A stretch of 64,000 nt of DNA from an uncultured virus (IMG/VR IMGVR_UViG_3300042868_010802) (IMGVR_UViG_3300042868_010802); one strand, 5' to 3'; positions 17,945 to 28,209 are shown, counted from the stretch's first letter. Made by a program: numbers and translations. Notes: a model not told the origin generated them from the letters alone.

Positions 17945-18639
17945 AGACTCAATGTATCAAAGAACTCCTTCTTTGTACCAGCATCACTGTTAAATGCTCC
18001 TTTGAGTACTGTAGTAGTTGTTGAACTATCGTGTGCCATTATGCCCCTGTTCTCACAACAGCCATGTGTCATTCTTAGATACACACCTACATTTTCGCTG
18101 TCAGTTGCTCGACTGATCTCTCTAGCTATGTCGTTGCAGAGTTCTTCTTGAAGCGTACCACGACGAGCACACCACTGAGCAATACGAGTGTACTTGCTAA
18201 GACCAATAAGTTTTTGTGCGGCGATGATGCCAATGTAAGCGACACCACTAACGGGCTGATGATGATGACTGCACATAGAGCGCAACTCACTACGTACCAC
18301 CAGCATACCTTCGTAACGGTCCTCTGAGTCGTTGGGAAATGCTGTTGCGTCTGGTGCTGCTTCATATCTTCCTGCCATTATTTCATTAAAGTACATCTTG
18401 GCCAGTCTACGTGCTGTGCCTTTGCTGTTGGGGTCGGTTTCACGATCGATCAACAATGCATCCAGCACACCTTCGAATGCAATAGTTGCTTCATCAATCA
18501 ATTGATCTTCGCAGCCGTTGACATATTCGCTAATGTTATCTCCAGCCCAGAATCGTTTTCCGTTTTGCTTCATATTGGCTCTGAGTGCATCGCTTAGGTA
18601 CGCTGCTTCGTAGCCATCTTCTTTATTTTTATCCGTCAT
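17923..18639 (-). CDS. folE: GTP cyclohydrolase I FolE
   Basis: T..R.AKM, SMCSHHHQP, GLSKY.RI, LQE, HGC...RG. Confidence 0.95.
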   Translation of the reverse strand: MTDKNKEDGYEAAYLSDALRANMKQNGKRFWAGDNISEYVNGCEDQLIDEATIAFEGVLDALLIDRETDPNSKGTARRLAKMYFNEIMAGRYEAAPDATAFPNDSEDRYEGMLVVRSELRSMCSHHHQPVSGVAYIGIIAAQKLIGLSKYTRIAQWCARRGTLQEELCNDIAREISRATDSENVGVYLRMTHGCCENRGIMAHDSSTTTTVLKGAFNSDAGTKKEFFDTLSLQESNKR

Positions 18640-18714
18640 TTATAATTTCTCCGAGTTTACAACGTGGATGTTGATGTATATATTTTAATGTATTTAGACA
18701 ACTGTGTCAAGTCA

Positions 18715-19695
18715 TTATGACCCATGTTTTTGTTCCCATGCCCAAGCAGTGGATACAATATGATCAATGCTGCTATTAACAGGTCGCCAACCGGCAGTTA
18801 TTTGAAACAAGTCGCTGTTGGCAACCAGATAATCAGGATCGCCGATTCGTCTTGATTCGGTTACAAAATTGATATTGCCCTTGACCGCTTGGTTACAGGC
18901 TTTTATAATTTCCAAATTGCTGTGACCCAAACCGGTTCCTAGATTGTAAGCACTGAACTCACCTGGCTTGGATCTTTCCGCCAACTGTACTGCATCAAGG
19001 TGTGCCTGTGCAATATCCGACACATGCAAGTAATCTCGTATGCAAGTACCGTCGACAGTGTAATAGTCATTGCCGTACAACTTAAAAAGTTGCTGGTTTC
19101 TATATGCACTCAATACTCTAGGTATCATGTGTGTATCGTCAATCACGTGCCCTAATGTGCCATCTGGATCGCATCCAGCAGCATTGAAATATCTAAGTGC
19201 AACACCTTTGAATCCGTGTGCACGGCAGTGATCTTTGATAATGTGCTCGGCAAATAACTTGCTTTGTCCGTAAGGGCTAATTGGCAATTGTGGATCAGTT
19301 TCGTGCAGTTGACGATTGTCCAATGGAATGCCGTAAGTGGCTGCACTGCTGCTAAACACAACTGTTCCATGCCAACCTTTGTTGTGCAAACTGTCTAGAA
19401 CTGTGTTGATCTTGGCACTGTTGTTGTTGTAATAGGTATAAGGATCTGCAATACTGGGCCCAACAAGACTAGTTCCGGCACAATGAATGATTGCGTCAAC
19501 ATTGTTGATCACTGCTGCATCGGGTGTTATGTACACAAAATCCTCTGCAAACAATTGATCCAAATATGCTGCCGCCGGCGGTATAGTGTCTTTGACATCT
19601 ATACCAATTACATGGTATCCTGCTTGTTTGAATGTTTTGGCAGTGTGACTACCAATAAAACCCATTGCTCCTGTAATAATAACTCGTTTGTTCAT
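18715..19695 (-). CDS. galE: UDP-glucose 4-epimerase-like NAD-dependent epimerase
   Basis: TGAMGFIGSH, FSSSAATYG, PYGQSK, LRYFNAAG, DGTCIRDY.HV.D.A. Confidence 0.9.
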   Translation of the reverse strand: MNKRVIITGAMGFIGSHTAKTFKQAGYHVIGIDVKDTIPPAAAYLDQLFAEDFVYITPDAAVINNVDAIIHCAGTSLVGPSIADPYTYYNNNSAKINTVLDSLHNKGWHGTVVFSSSAATYGIPLDNRQLHETDPQLPISPYGQSKLFAEHIIKDHCRAHGFKGVALRYFNAAGCDPDGTLGHVIDDTHMIPRVLSAYRNQQLFKLYGNDYYTVDGTCIRDYLHVSDIAQAHLDAVQLAERSKPGEFSAYNLGTGLGHSNLEIIKACNQAVKGNINFVTESRRIGDPDYLVANSDLFQITAGWRPVNSSIDHIVSTAWAWEQKHGS

Positions 19696-19753
19696 AAAAA
19701 TAGTTTGGCAATTTGATATTGAAAGAGCAACCCTGGGTTGCTCTTTCATGGTC

Positions 19754-20929
19754 TTAGTATTTGGATGCTGATGTATGAGATCGATAATCAGTACTCATAC
19801 GCAACCACTGTTCACCTTGGCCTTCCATAATATCGCAAATGCGATCTACCGTGGAATTGGTCCATGAACTGATTTCACCCATTCGTACATGTGGTGCTTC
19901 CAGCAGTGGCTCCAGTTTGTCAAGTGCATCATCTACACTCCAAGGAACATAAAGTCTTGTATGATCATTGGCAAAAGTTTCAGGAAAGCTACGATATGCA
20001 GGATACAAAACATTGCAGCCAAGAGCATCTGCTTCACTGACTGTATTCGAAACCCAATCTTGTAAAGCGCAATTGAACACAACCCGAGATTCATTAACAA
20101 TATTATAATAATCATTCTTTTCTAAATTTTCGTAAACTTTGAGTCGTCCTGCTGCAACCAAATTGCGTGTGCGTTGCATGTAGCTGTCATTGTTGGATTT
20201 TAACCAACCACCTGAACAAACACAGAATTCTAACAGACTCTCTGGGTGTCGCTTGAAGTACGCTTCAATCAGGTCCATGTAGAAATCAGGTTGCTTCTCT
20301 TGATCCCACCGAGCACTAAACACTACACGACTGTGTCGATCAGCAAACGTTTTTATGCCAGCAACACGACCTTGTACTTCGGCTTTGCCAAATGCAAGTC
20401 CGCTGATGTTGTAAATTGGACTCTTCCAGCCAGCAATTTTCATATGCATGACCATTTCTTCATTTGAAGCCAATACACCATCAACAAAACTGTCTACCAT
20501 TTTTTCGTAGTACCCCATGAACTCTTGCATACCCCAAACATGAACAAAGTCATCAGGATCAATGGACTGAGCAAGACAACGAACATAAATCCTAGGGCGG
20601 AGAGCTGGGTCGATCTGTTTAATAATGTATGGCAAGCTTTCGATGCCTGGTTGAAACATATCTTCAAAGTAGACAACATCTTCACTGGTAACTTCTCCCG
20701 CCTTCATCATCCGGACCAGATTCATCAGCTGACTCATACCAAAGTATGTGCGTCCGTGTGCATCAAGCACTTGTCCGGTTACAATAGCTTGATCGTTGCT
20801 GAGTGTTTCTCCAGGCACTATCACATAGTTAATGCCTCGCTGTTTGAACACAGTCTCGTTCCAGTCTTGTAACTGTAGAGTGTACCGTGCTTTATAGGGC
20901 TCAAGCCCCATGTAAAAAAGTTTACGCAT
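19754..20929 (-). CDS. GT-B (family 4-like) glycosyltransferase
   Basis: C-terminal ARWD.EKQP...EADALGC..LYP..RSFPE; start trimmed to MRKLFYMG. Confidence 0.75.
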   Translation of the reverse strand: MRKLFYMGLEPYKARYTLQLQDWNETVFKQRGINYVIVPGETLSNDQAIVTGQVLDAHGRTYFGMSQLMNLVRMMKAGEVTSEDVVYFEDMFQPGIESLPYIIKQIDPALRPRIYVRCLAQSIDPDDFVHVWGMQEFMGYYEKMVDSFVDGVLASNEEMVMHMKIAGWKSPIYNISGLAFGKAEVQGRVAGIKTFADRHSRVVFSARWDQEKQPDFYMDLIEAYFKRHPESLLEFCVCSGGWLKSNNDSYMQRTRNLVAAGRLKVYENLEKNDYYNIVNESRVVFNCALQDWVSNTVSEADALGCNVLYPAYRSFPETFANDHTRLYVPWSVDDALDKLEPLLEAPHVRMGEISSWTNSTVDRICDIMEGQGEQWLRMSTDYRSHTSASKY

Positions 20930-21194
20930 TTCTGTCGTTACGGTTGTATTCAGTTGGGCGCGGTCCTGTGAAACCACGTTGCCCTTGTCGAATCATCCAG
21001 CCCCAATTGTCTCTGGGCCAACGACCATTTTGGAATCGCAAGTAATCGCCATATGGGCTATACTCATTGCCCAAGTGGGCTTCGTTGAAGGGGAATCCGT
21101 AGTTGACACAGAATTCACGAAAACGATCCAGTTCGTCAAAGATGCGTGTGACTTCAGGCTTTGTGCCCAGATACTTTTTAAAGTCTTTTGCCAT
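20922..21194 (-). CDS. Hypothetical protein
   Basis: 90 aa; KPEV..IFD.L..F..FC...G..FNEA.L. Confidence 0.7.
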   Translation of the reverse strand: MAKDFKKYLGTKPEVTRIFDELDRFREFCVNYGFPFNEAHLGNEYSPYGDYLRFQNGRWPRDNWGWMIRQGQRGFTGPRPTEYNRNDRNA

Positions 21195-21206
21195 TTTTAT
21201 ATTTCC

Positions 21207-21659
21207 TTAAATAGCGAGTTGTTGATAAGGTTGATGTGTGTTATACACGATTGTTGCGCCGTTCTCGTTATCTTCCGATACTTGAATAACGATATTGCGA
21301 CCTGGATATCGAGTTGCAATGACTTCATAGAGGTCATCACTAATCATTTCACAACTCTTGTAATCCAATGCAAGAATGCCTTGAGAATATTGGTTCTCTA
21401 ACCATCGCTTGAATTGAATAAACTCGATATCACGGTCGTTGTGAAATACTTCAATCGTCACTTCAAAGTGAAAGATGTGACGATGCGGAGTTGCTAGAAA
21501 GCTAACATCATATTCATCACCCGTTGCGAGTGATGGGTCTGTTGCTGCCGCTGGGTACTTATGAATACCTTCTTTTTGGAAGCGAACAAAGATGGTACGT
21601 TTTGCTCGATCTTTGATGCGATTACGCTTTTCTTCAAGTGCTTGAGTGTGTTGAATCAT
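21207..21659 (-). CDS. QueD/PTPS-like T-fold paralogue
   Basis: EGIH.YP, HRHIFHF.V.I.V.H.DRDIEF, SCEM, V.EDNENG. Confidence 0.7.
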   Translation of the reverse strand: MIQHTQALEEKRNRIKDRAKRTIFVRFQKEGIHKYPAAATDPSLATGDEYDVSFLATPHRHIFHFEVTIEVFHNDRDIEFIQFKRWLENQYSQGILALDYKSCEMISDDLYEVIATRYPGRNIVIQVSEDNENGATIVYNTHQPYQQLAI

Positions 21660-22165
21660 AATGTTTCGTCCTTGGTGTATTTAGACCAGTCGGTGAATGT
21701 TGCACGATTTTGTAGTTCGTGTAGGCTATGGCACCAAACGCCAGGGTTGGTTTTATTGAAACCTTTGTCGTCTAGTTTGATAGTGGCATTGTATCCCAAC
21801 AGTTGTGAGTAGGGAATTTTTACTGAGATCATTGGAATAAAATTGTTGTATTCGCAAAGCCCGCCTTCGACAAGAGCTTCAGTGCAGGCAACATCTACAT
21901 CCAGTGTGCATAGATACCCTTTGTTGAGAAAGAACTTGATCATTCCCTCCCACGCATCCCAGTTTTTTCTATCGTTGATTTCCAGTTGTGGAAAACTCAT
22001 ATTGGCACCAAAATAAATGTGTTCAGCACCGTTTAGGTTTAGAGCAATATGTTCCACATCTTGTACTCCTACTACAAACAAGGTCTTTGTGCCGTATGCT
22101 GGAGTGTGCTCTACTTCGGTGCCTGTAAAAAACTGTGCACCAGTATTTGGGTTACGATCAATCAT
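21656..22165 (-). CDS. Conserved hypothetical protein of the modification cluster
   Basis: FFTG.EVEHTPAYG.KTLFV, HIYFGAN.SF, K.DD..F..TNPGVWCH. Confidence 0.75.
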   Translation of the reverse strand: MIDRNPNTGAQFFTGTEVEHTPAYGTKTLFVVGVQDVEHIALNLNGAEHIYFGANMSFPQLEINDRKNWDAWEGMIKFFLNKGYLCTLDVDVACTEALVEGGLCEYNNFIPMISVKIPYSQLLGYNATIKLDDKGFNKTNPGVWCHSLHELQNRATFTDWSKYTKDETL

Positions 22166-23879
22166 TGATTAGTTTATCCAAGTTGGTATTGTCTAATAAT
22201 ACACTATTGTGTTCATTACTGTCAACAGTTTCTTCATCAAACAATCGATTAAACATGGTATTTGAATTTTTGGTTTTCTTACCTTTGAATCCACGAGTGC
22301 CTACAATCTCCATCCAATACGTGTCATACATTTCAATTATGGCTTCGGATGTTTCTCGATCTGGAGCAGCAAATATAGCTTCCACAATGTCTTCAAAATA
22401 AGCATAGTCTCCAGTGCTGCGCCTCATCATTGCTGGATGTATGCCCGCATCAAATTCTCTGTTGGCTCGTTGTACTGCTTCAATGTGAGTCCAAACATTA
22501 TGACCCATGAGCAAAGCATAACTAAAACTATCCCAGCTGGTCTTGCCCCATTTGTTATTTTTGTTTTTGTCTGGCAGCACATCATACATTTCGGGCTTTT
22601 GGAAGTTTTCTTCTGTGAGAGTAACTCCAGATTTTGGTACACCTGCTTGGTAGATGCAAATGTCTTTGATAGTCAACATTTGACTAATAGGACTTTCATC
22701 AAAGTGATCAACGTAACCATCCTTGACAATAACTTCGCTATACTTGCGAGAGTCAGTGGCGTATTTTTTGTTGTCGACACTGGGGCTCATGCGGTAAGAC
22801 CATTTGCTGTCGTGTGTCAGATCTATGTGATGATATACTTGACCATTTGCAGTTGCCAGGAACGGACTTGCACAATCAAAACTGATAGTAAAAGCAGGGT
22901 TAACATATTTTCTTACAGCCCGTTGAATAACTGTCAGTAGTACTGCCCACTCCAGTTTGCTTGTGCCCAAGAAGTGCATCCAATCGTGGACACCTGGTTG
23001 TAACAAATTGTCATACCGTAAAGCCACTAAACGTTTGAGTACCAAATGAACATCACACATGTTCTGTCCACCCATGGCCCACCCATCAAAGTGTGTGTCA
23101 GGGTATACTGTAGGGTCGCAGTAAACTTTCATAGTTTGATACCAGTCTTCTGCGCTAGTGTGATTGTCACCTTGTAGAACGTTTAAGAATTTGGCACCAC
23201 CATTTCGAACACCGCGACGATGTTTCATAAAGTATTCGTTGTTGTACTTGGTAGCATCTACTGCTTCTTGCAGTGTGGTAATACCGCAGGCATCACTGGC
23301 TTTTTTATCGTGAATGACCCAAGTTGGAATATCCAAGATCATTCCGTAGTCGCTAATGGTGTCAAGCCAAGTCAAAATAGCACCGCGCTTCTTTTGTGCT
23401 GCGTCAATTAACTTTTGATAATCGGACAATGGATTGACAGTGACAGTTTTGCCTTTGGCATTGACTGTTTGTTGTGTGCCTACAGCAGCCAAGTCTGCCA
23501 GTTTCTGTTTGACTTCGGCACTGTTGGGATCACGCCACTCACCTTCCCACAAGCCCTTGGCAATTTGGAAACCACCTGAGTCGCCCAGCATAAACGTGCC
23601 AGGCTCTCGATTGCGAACCATGTCCTCACTCCAGTCCTGCTTGGTCAAATCCAAGTTGGCATGACCACCTGAATACAAGCTCCATCGATACGGAAACAGG
23701 GCTTGTTGGCTGTTGAGCCAATTCATTTGTTCAAGATCAGTTAGGCCTTGCGGAAATCTTGCAGGGTCTACATACTGTTCGTTGCGTTGCTTGCCTACAA
23801 ATGTAGCATAGAATCCTGAGATTGCTGGAAGGAACACTGCATAGTCCAGTTGTTTTGCTGTTAAATTATCTTGTGACAT
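22158..23879 (-). CDS. tRNA-guanine transglycosylase-like protein (DpdA-type DNA deazaguanine transglycosylase candidate)
   Basis: TGT motifs DSGGFQ, LDIP, NVLQG, GWAMGG, HFLG, SFDCASPF; next to folE/queD/queE. Confidence 0.8.
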   Translation of the reverse strand: MSQDNLTAKQLDYAVFLPAISGFYATFVGKQRNEQYVDPARFPQGLTDLEQMNWLNSQQALFPYRWSLYSGGHANLDLTKQDWSEDMVRNREPGTFMLGDSGGFQIAKGLWEGEWRDPNSAEVKQKLADLAAVGTQQTVNAKGKTVTVNPLSDYQKLIDAAQKKRGAILTWLDTISDYGMILDIPTWVIHDKKASDACGITTLQEAVDATKYNNEYFMKHRRGVRNGGAKFLNVLQGDNHTSAEDWYQTMKVYCDPTVYPDTHFDGWAMGGQNMCDVHLVLKRLVALRYDNLLQPGVHDWMHFLGTSKLEWAVLLTVIQRAVRKYVNPAFTISFDCASPFLATANGQVYHHIDLTHDSKWSYRMSPSVDNKKYATDSRKYSEVIVKDGYVDHFDESPISQMLTIKDICIYQAGVPKSGVTLTEENFQKPEMYDVLPDKNKNNKWGKTSWDSFSYALLMGHNVWTHIEAVQRANREFDAGIHPAMMRRSTGDYAYFEDIVEAIFAAPDRETSEAIIEMYDTYWMEIVGTRGFKGKKTKNSNTMFNRLFDEETVDSNEHNSVLLDNTNLDKLIND

Positions 23880-24210
23880 TGTGTTTTTCTTCTTGGCACA
23901 AGGCCTTCATTAGTTCAAACTTTTCGTAGGTGTCTCGAAGACCGGGGTGCTTTTTCATTAGATCTTCTAGTCGAGATTCTTCGGCCATTTTTTTCTTGGC
24001 CCAATTAACAACTTCGAGAGTGCCGACATCTAAGGACACCTGGGGCGATGCACTTATAGATAGCCAGGTGTTACCGTCATAAACTTCTAAGTTTTGTATG
24101 CTAGTGTTATATCTGGTCATGCCTGCACTTTGTGCTCCTGGGCTAATGTATGGAGTTCCGAAATTGCCTGTTACAACAATTCCGGGACCGGACAAAATGT
24201 CTTTAATCAC
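23866..24210 (-). CDS. Hypothetical protein
   Basis: 114 aa; G..RYN....LEVYDG..W. Confidence 0.7.
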   Translation of the reverse strand: MIKDILSGPGIVVTGNFGTPYISPGAQSAGMTRYNTSIQNLEVYDGNTWLSISASPQVSLDVGTLEVVNWAKKKMAEESRLEDLMKKHPGLRDTYEKFELMKALCQEEKHNVTR

Positions 24211-24935
24211 TTTTGTTGTGCTGGTAGTGTGTAGTTGTAAACTGCAACACCAGAGTCAACGGTGATCTGTGCTGCACCTTCGTCGCTAAATCGCATGACT
24301 TTGTCGCCTGGCAAACTCAAAATGCTTTTGACAACGTTCACCGGCCAGTTCCAACCTTTGACAACAGTGCCAGTGATACCTTGTGCAAACACAAAGTTAC
24401 CAGCATGACTGCTGCTGTCACCAAAGTAAAACAATAGGTCGTTGCCTTGAGTCTTGGCAATGAATGTGGTTTCTTCACTATTGGCTTGGCACTGGTATGC
24501 AAATCTCTGAGTACCAAGAACGCTGGGTTCAAATTCAACACCCCATTTGACACCTTTGAATTTGACTGTTTTGACTTTGTCGTTGACAACACCAGCACTC
24601 ATAAAGCGATAGTCGTTTTTAAAGTCACCAGCTTTGGTTTCAAAGTGGATTCCAGCCGGCTCGCTGACTCCGTTGTTTAACTGTCGATTGATAGTCAGTT
24701 GTGCATCTTCTTGGTAAACAGGAAGATTCAGAATGGTATTCAACTTGTTCAAGTTGGGCATACCAAATACACCAACAAAGTCTGCCACTGGATTGTGAAA
24801 TACTGTATCAAGGATAACAGATCGATCTTCTGCTATTGCATTGATAATTGTTTCCTTGTCGGTGCCTGTAATTTTAACAAGATCAATACCAAGATTGTGT
24901 GTGTGTTGAACTATGTCTAAGAGTGCGTCTTTCAT
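24207..24935 (-). CDS. Putative sliding clamp (gp45-like)
   Basis: 242 aa, directly after the DNA polymerase; clamp-like size and beta-rich pattern. Confidence 0.6.
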   Translation of the reverse strand: MKDALLDIVQHTHNLGIDLVKITGTDKETIINAIAEDRSVILDTVFHNPVADFVGVFGMPNLNKLNTILNLPVYQEDAQLTINRQLNNGVSEPAGIHFETKAGDFKNDYRFMSAGVVNDKVKTVKFKGVKWGVEFEPSVLGTQRFAYQCQANSEETTFIAKTQGNDLLFYFGDSSSHAGNFVFAQGITGTVVKGWNWPVNVVKSILSLPGDKVMRFSDEGAAQITVDSGVAVYNYTLPAQQK

Positions 24936-25001
24936 TTGAGATTCCTTTAATAATTGATATAATACTAGATGTATTTAGATTTTGCAACTGATACGGTGAA
25001 A

Positions 25002-27659
25002 TTATTCAAATGTAAACAGTTGACTAAATGTTGTTTTTGTTTCAGTGTTGTCTCGGATATCCCAATCCAGTACACCCAACAAGTTATCTACCTTCTGGTC
25101 TACAATTGTAGTTTCCATTAGGTCGTCGTCAAACGGCAGATCCTTGAACCATTGCGGTATATGAATTTCATCTGTTGGATATCCAACACTGGTAAAGCCC
25201 AATGGATTGGATTTCAGTTTGCATACAACTGTTTTCATTCCGTCGACAATCTGTGTTGAGTAATTGTCTGCATGCATCCTTCGCAGGGTGTTCCAATTGA
25301 TAGCTGCTCTCACGTGTCCTGGCATGTTGGCCCGGCCTTGTTTGTTTTCAGCTTCTTGAAACTTGGTCAAGTTGTTGACACGTTTGGGGGTACCTTTTTC
25401 CCAGGCTGGTCTTTCCTGGAATGCAATTTTGAATTCCAATACACGACTGTATATTTCTTCTTTTTCTGCGCCGGTTAACACAGCCAACAACAATTCACTA
25501 AGAAAGTCTTGTACCACTTTGGGTGTGTCTGACCTCTTTAAGTCTAGACCCATGGCTTTGACTTTTCCAGGTTTGCCGTCTTTGTCTAGTCGTTGTCCTT
25601 CTAGATCGTAAATCAGTACAGCATATCGCTTTTTCTTAATAAACAATCCTTTGGCAGCAATCAGTTCACGACCACCTTTGATCAGTTCGCCCATGCTTCT
25701 TGGTGAGTGGAATGCTCGTTCCATGAATCCTGGAAAACTGTCGTTGACTTGGTCGGCAATGGTGTCGTACAAGTGTAAACAAATTTCTTTGTTCCATTCC
25801 ATTTTGCCAGACAACACATCGTCTTTGACCGCAGGCCAAGCACTGAAATAAACAGAGTCTGTGTCGCCGTAGATGACAGCATCGCCTACATGGTTGTATT
25901 CACCAGTGATGCATTCATTTACAAAGGCGTCCATATGTCTAGCAATGACTCGACCTGTGAGGGTGGTGGATTGGCCGATTCGCTTATCAAAAAACCTACA
26001 GCCAGGATTAAGAATAGCACCATACAAACTGTTGAGATTAATCTTCTTAACCAACTGCCGCTTGTCCCAAAACGCTTTGTCTTCGGCAGTGGTTGCTTCT
26101 TTTTTCTTTGCTTGCAGATCTTTTCTTTCAGCATACCAACGCTCCAATAGACCGGGTACTATGCCTTTGGCATCGTATTTAAAAATAGTTCCATTGGCAC
26201 TGATAATCCATGGCTGGTTGCCTTCAAATATCAACTTCCATACATCTGCTGCCATCATGGTATCACTACCGCCACCTTCCCAGTCAATGGTGACTTCAGT
26301 ACCAGGTTCCATATTCATTACACTGGTATATTCCAAACTACCAAACATGTTTTCCCATGCATCGGCAAAACTTGATCCGGCAGCAATCTTGTCGGCTATG
26401 TATTTGTCTGTTCTGTCTGGTCTGATTTGTCCGACAATTGTTTCGCATGCCATGTTGAGGGCACGAATAGCCGAGGGATAGAGCGAGTTAATATCAATTG
26501 CCCCAATGTACTCGTGGACGCCTCTTTTGGGGAAAGCAACGTAGGCACCTGCCGCTTGCGTATCTTCATCATCTGAACTACTCCTGTTTTGAACTACTAA
26601 ACCTTGTTGATGTGCTTCGTTGATAATGGCCTGCTCGGTAACAGCTACTGCACCCATGGTAGTGGGCAGCAACACTGTGTTGTCGTGTGCCAATTCATTG
26701 GCCAGGTCGATAAATCTCAGTTTCTTATCCAGTTTGGCCAACAGCAATGTGTCTTGCCTGTTGTAATCGATAAACTTGGGAAAGTCTTTGTTGTACAGTT
26801 GATCTAGAGTGCCTTCGTATTGGATCTTGCGTTCTTCTAGTTCGTATTCGCCAATGGCATCTAGACTGTAGCTGTGACGCTCTTCGTATGTGTATTTGCG
26901 ATACAGTTGCATATAGTCCATATGCACTCGACCAATCAGATCAAACGTGATATTTTCTGCACCAAATCTTTCAAACATTCTTTTCTTAGGGAACTGATCC
27001 CACAAGCAGTAGCGCCGGGTATCGTCTTTGCTCAATACTCGCATGGTACGCATTACCATATAAGGAATATCGAATCCTTCGCTGTTCCACCCGCTCAGGA
27101 TATCTGCATCTTCAATAAGATCAAGGAATGTTTTGATCATGTCCTCTTCTTTTGCAAACAGATAGCAGTTGTCAAACTGTTTGCAAATTTCTTCTGCACT
27201 TTCCCAGCTGTAACTTTTGGGAGGAACTACCAATGTGATCAGTTTGTCCATCCATTGCAAGTACACAGAAATTGCAGTAACAGGATTAAATGGATCTTCG
27301 GGCCGACTGAATCCTTTTACCAGATCAAAGTCAACCTCAATGTCGAAGAATGCCACTTGCAGTTTAGGAGATTCTTTTCCCAAATAGTTTTCCTCTAAAC
27401 ATCTGACCAGCGGTTTGATGTCAGATTCCCACAACTTGTTCTTGTTATGTGATTTTAGTTCTTTATAAAACTCTTTGCCGCTACGAGAGCTGAACCTGCT
27501 GACAGATGTACCGTAGATGCTACGAAATTTGCCTCTAGGGTCGTCGTAGTAAAAAATGTAGTTGGCTGGATATTCTTTGTATATCCGTCGGCCATCTACT
27601 CGTTCCACTACATAGATCCGGTCTTCGTCTTTGGAAAATAGTGCGTCAACGTAACTCAA
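25002..27659 (-). CDS. Family B DNA polymerase (gp43-like)
   Basis: Exonuclease motifs FDIEV, GWNSEGFDIPY, YN..D; polymerase motifs DINSLYPS, K..LNSLYG, YGDTDS, KKRY. Confidence 0.97.
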   Translation of the reverse strand: MSYVDALFSKDEDRIYVVERVDGRRIYKEYPANYIFYYDDPRGKFRSIYGTSVSRFSSRSGKEFYKELKSHNKNKLWESDIKPLVRCLEENYLGKESPKLQVAFFDIEVDFDLVKGFSRPEDPFNPVTAISVYLQWMDKLITLVVPPKSYSWESAEEICKQFDNCYLFAKEEDMIKTFLDLIEDADILSGWNSEGFDIPYMVMRTMRVLSKDDTRRYCLWDQFPKKRMFERFGAENITFDLIGRVHMDYMQLYRKYTYEERHSYSLDAIGEYELEERKIQYEGTLDQLYNKDFPKFIDYNRQDTLLLAKLDKKLRFIDLANELAHDNTVLLPTTMGAVAVTEQAIINEAHQQGLVVQNRSSSDDEDTQAAGAYVAFPKRGVHEYIGAIDINSLYPSAIRALNMACETIVGQIRPDRTDKYIADKIAAGSSFADAWENMFGSLEYTSVMNMEPGTEVTIDWEGGGSDTMMAADVWKLIFEGNQPWIISANGTIFKYDAKGIVPGLLERWYAERKDLQAKKKEATTAEDKAFWDKRQLVKKINLNSLYGAILNPGCRFFDKRIGQSTTLTGRVIARHMDAFVNECITGEYNHVGDAVIYGDTDSVYFSAWPAVKDDVLSGKMEWNKEICLHLYDTIADQVNDSFPGFMERAFHSPRSMGELIKGGRELIAAKGLFIKKKRYAVLIYDLEGQRLDKDGKPGKVKAMGLDLKRSDTPKVVQDFLSELLLAVLTGAEKEEIYSRVLEFKIAFQERPAWEKGTPKRVNNLTKFQEAENKQGRANMPGHVRAAINWNTLRRMHADNYSTQIVDGMKTVVCKLKSNPLGFTSVGYPTDEIHIPQWFKDLPFDDDLMETTIVDQKVDNLLGVLDWDIRDNTETKTTFSQLFTFE

Positions 27660-27946
27660 TTGATTATCATCCTAACTAGTCCTACTGTGTCAATGGTGAC
27701 CAACAACATATAATTGGCAATCATGCCAAAGCTTTTACGAGTCCAAGCAGCCCAAGCGTACATGCTGCAACCAACAATCCAAATAGGATACAGGTATATA
27801 AGAGGTGGCGTAGGGACTGTAAGGGCCATTGTGATGCTACAGCCAATACTAATAGCCCAAGCAAGCAACTCGATACAAAAACGCAAAGGATGGCTATGAA
27901 AATCATTTCGTATCCAAGCAAATATTCCTTTTAAGATATCGTTCAC
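27656..27946 (-). CDS. Small membrane protein
   Basis: 96 aa with three hydrophobic segments. Confidence 0.7.
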   Translation of the reverse strand: MNDILKGIFAWIRNDFHSHPLRFCIELLAWAISIGCSITMALTVPTPPLIYLYPIWIVGCSMYAWAAWTRKSFGMIANYMLLVTIDTVGLVRMIIN

Positions 27947-28209
27947 AGAGTTTTACCAACTGTTTCGAGGATAGTGTTAAGGTCTTCGTGATCTCGATTG
28001 GTTTCGCCCAATTTGGCCTTGTGTGCAATTTTAATTGCTTTTTTCAGTAGCGTTGGTTTGATTTCCAATTCTTCTGCAATGGCTTTGACAGTGTCACTGA
28101 GCCCTTCGTTAAGAGTTTCAATTTCGTGCATGACCTGCATGCCTTCATTGATAATTTGTGTAAGTTTGAGTTTTTGTTCGCCGCTGAACATTCGAGGTGA
28201 TGAGCTCAT
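27943..28209 (-). CDS. Small DNA-binding protein (DsbA/GapR-like, tentative)
   Basis: 88 aa, helical; EI..L.E.L.D.VK.I.EE..I...LKKAI..A. Confidence 0.5.
   Translation of the reverse strand: MSSSPRMFSGEQKLKLTQIINEGMQVMHEIETLNEGLSDTVKAIAEELEIKPTLLKKAIKIAHKAKLGETNRDHEDLNTILETVGKTL

Noticed and set aside
12193..18639. Group I introns in queE or folE
   Set aside because: Both genes are complete ORFs without splicing, the flanks are too short for an intron core, and the duplicated gene ends explain the layout.
11358..23879. Claim that the phage lacks queC
   Set aside because: Only 64 kb of a larger genome is visible; queC may lie elsewhere or be supplied by the host.
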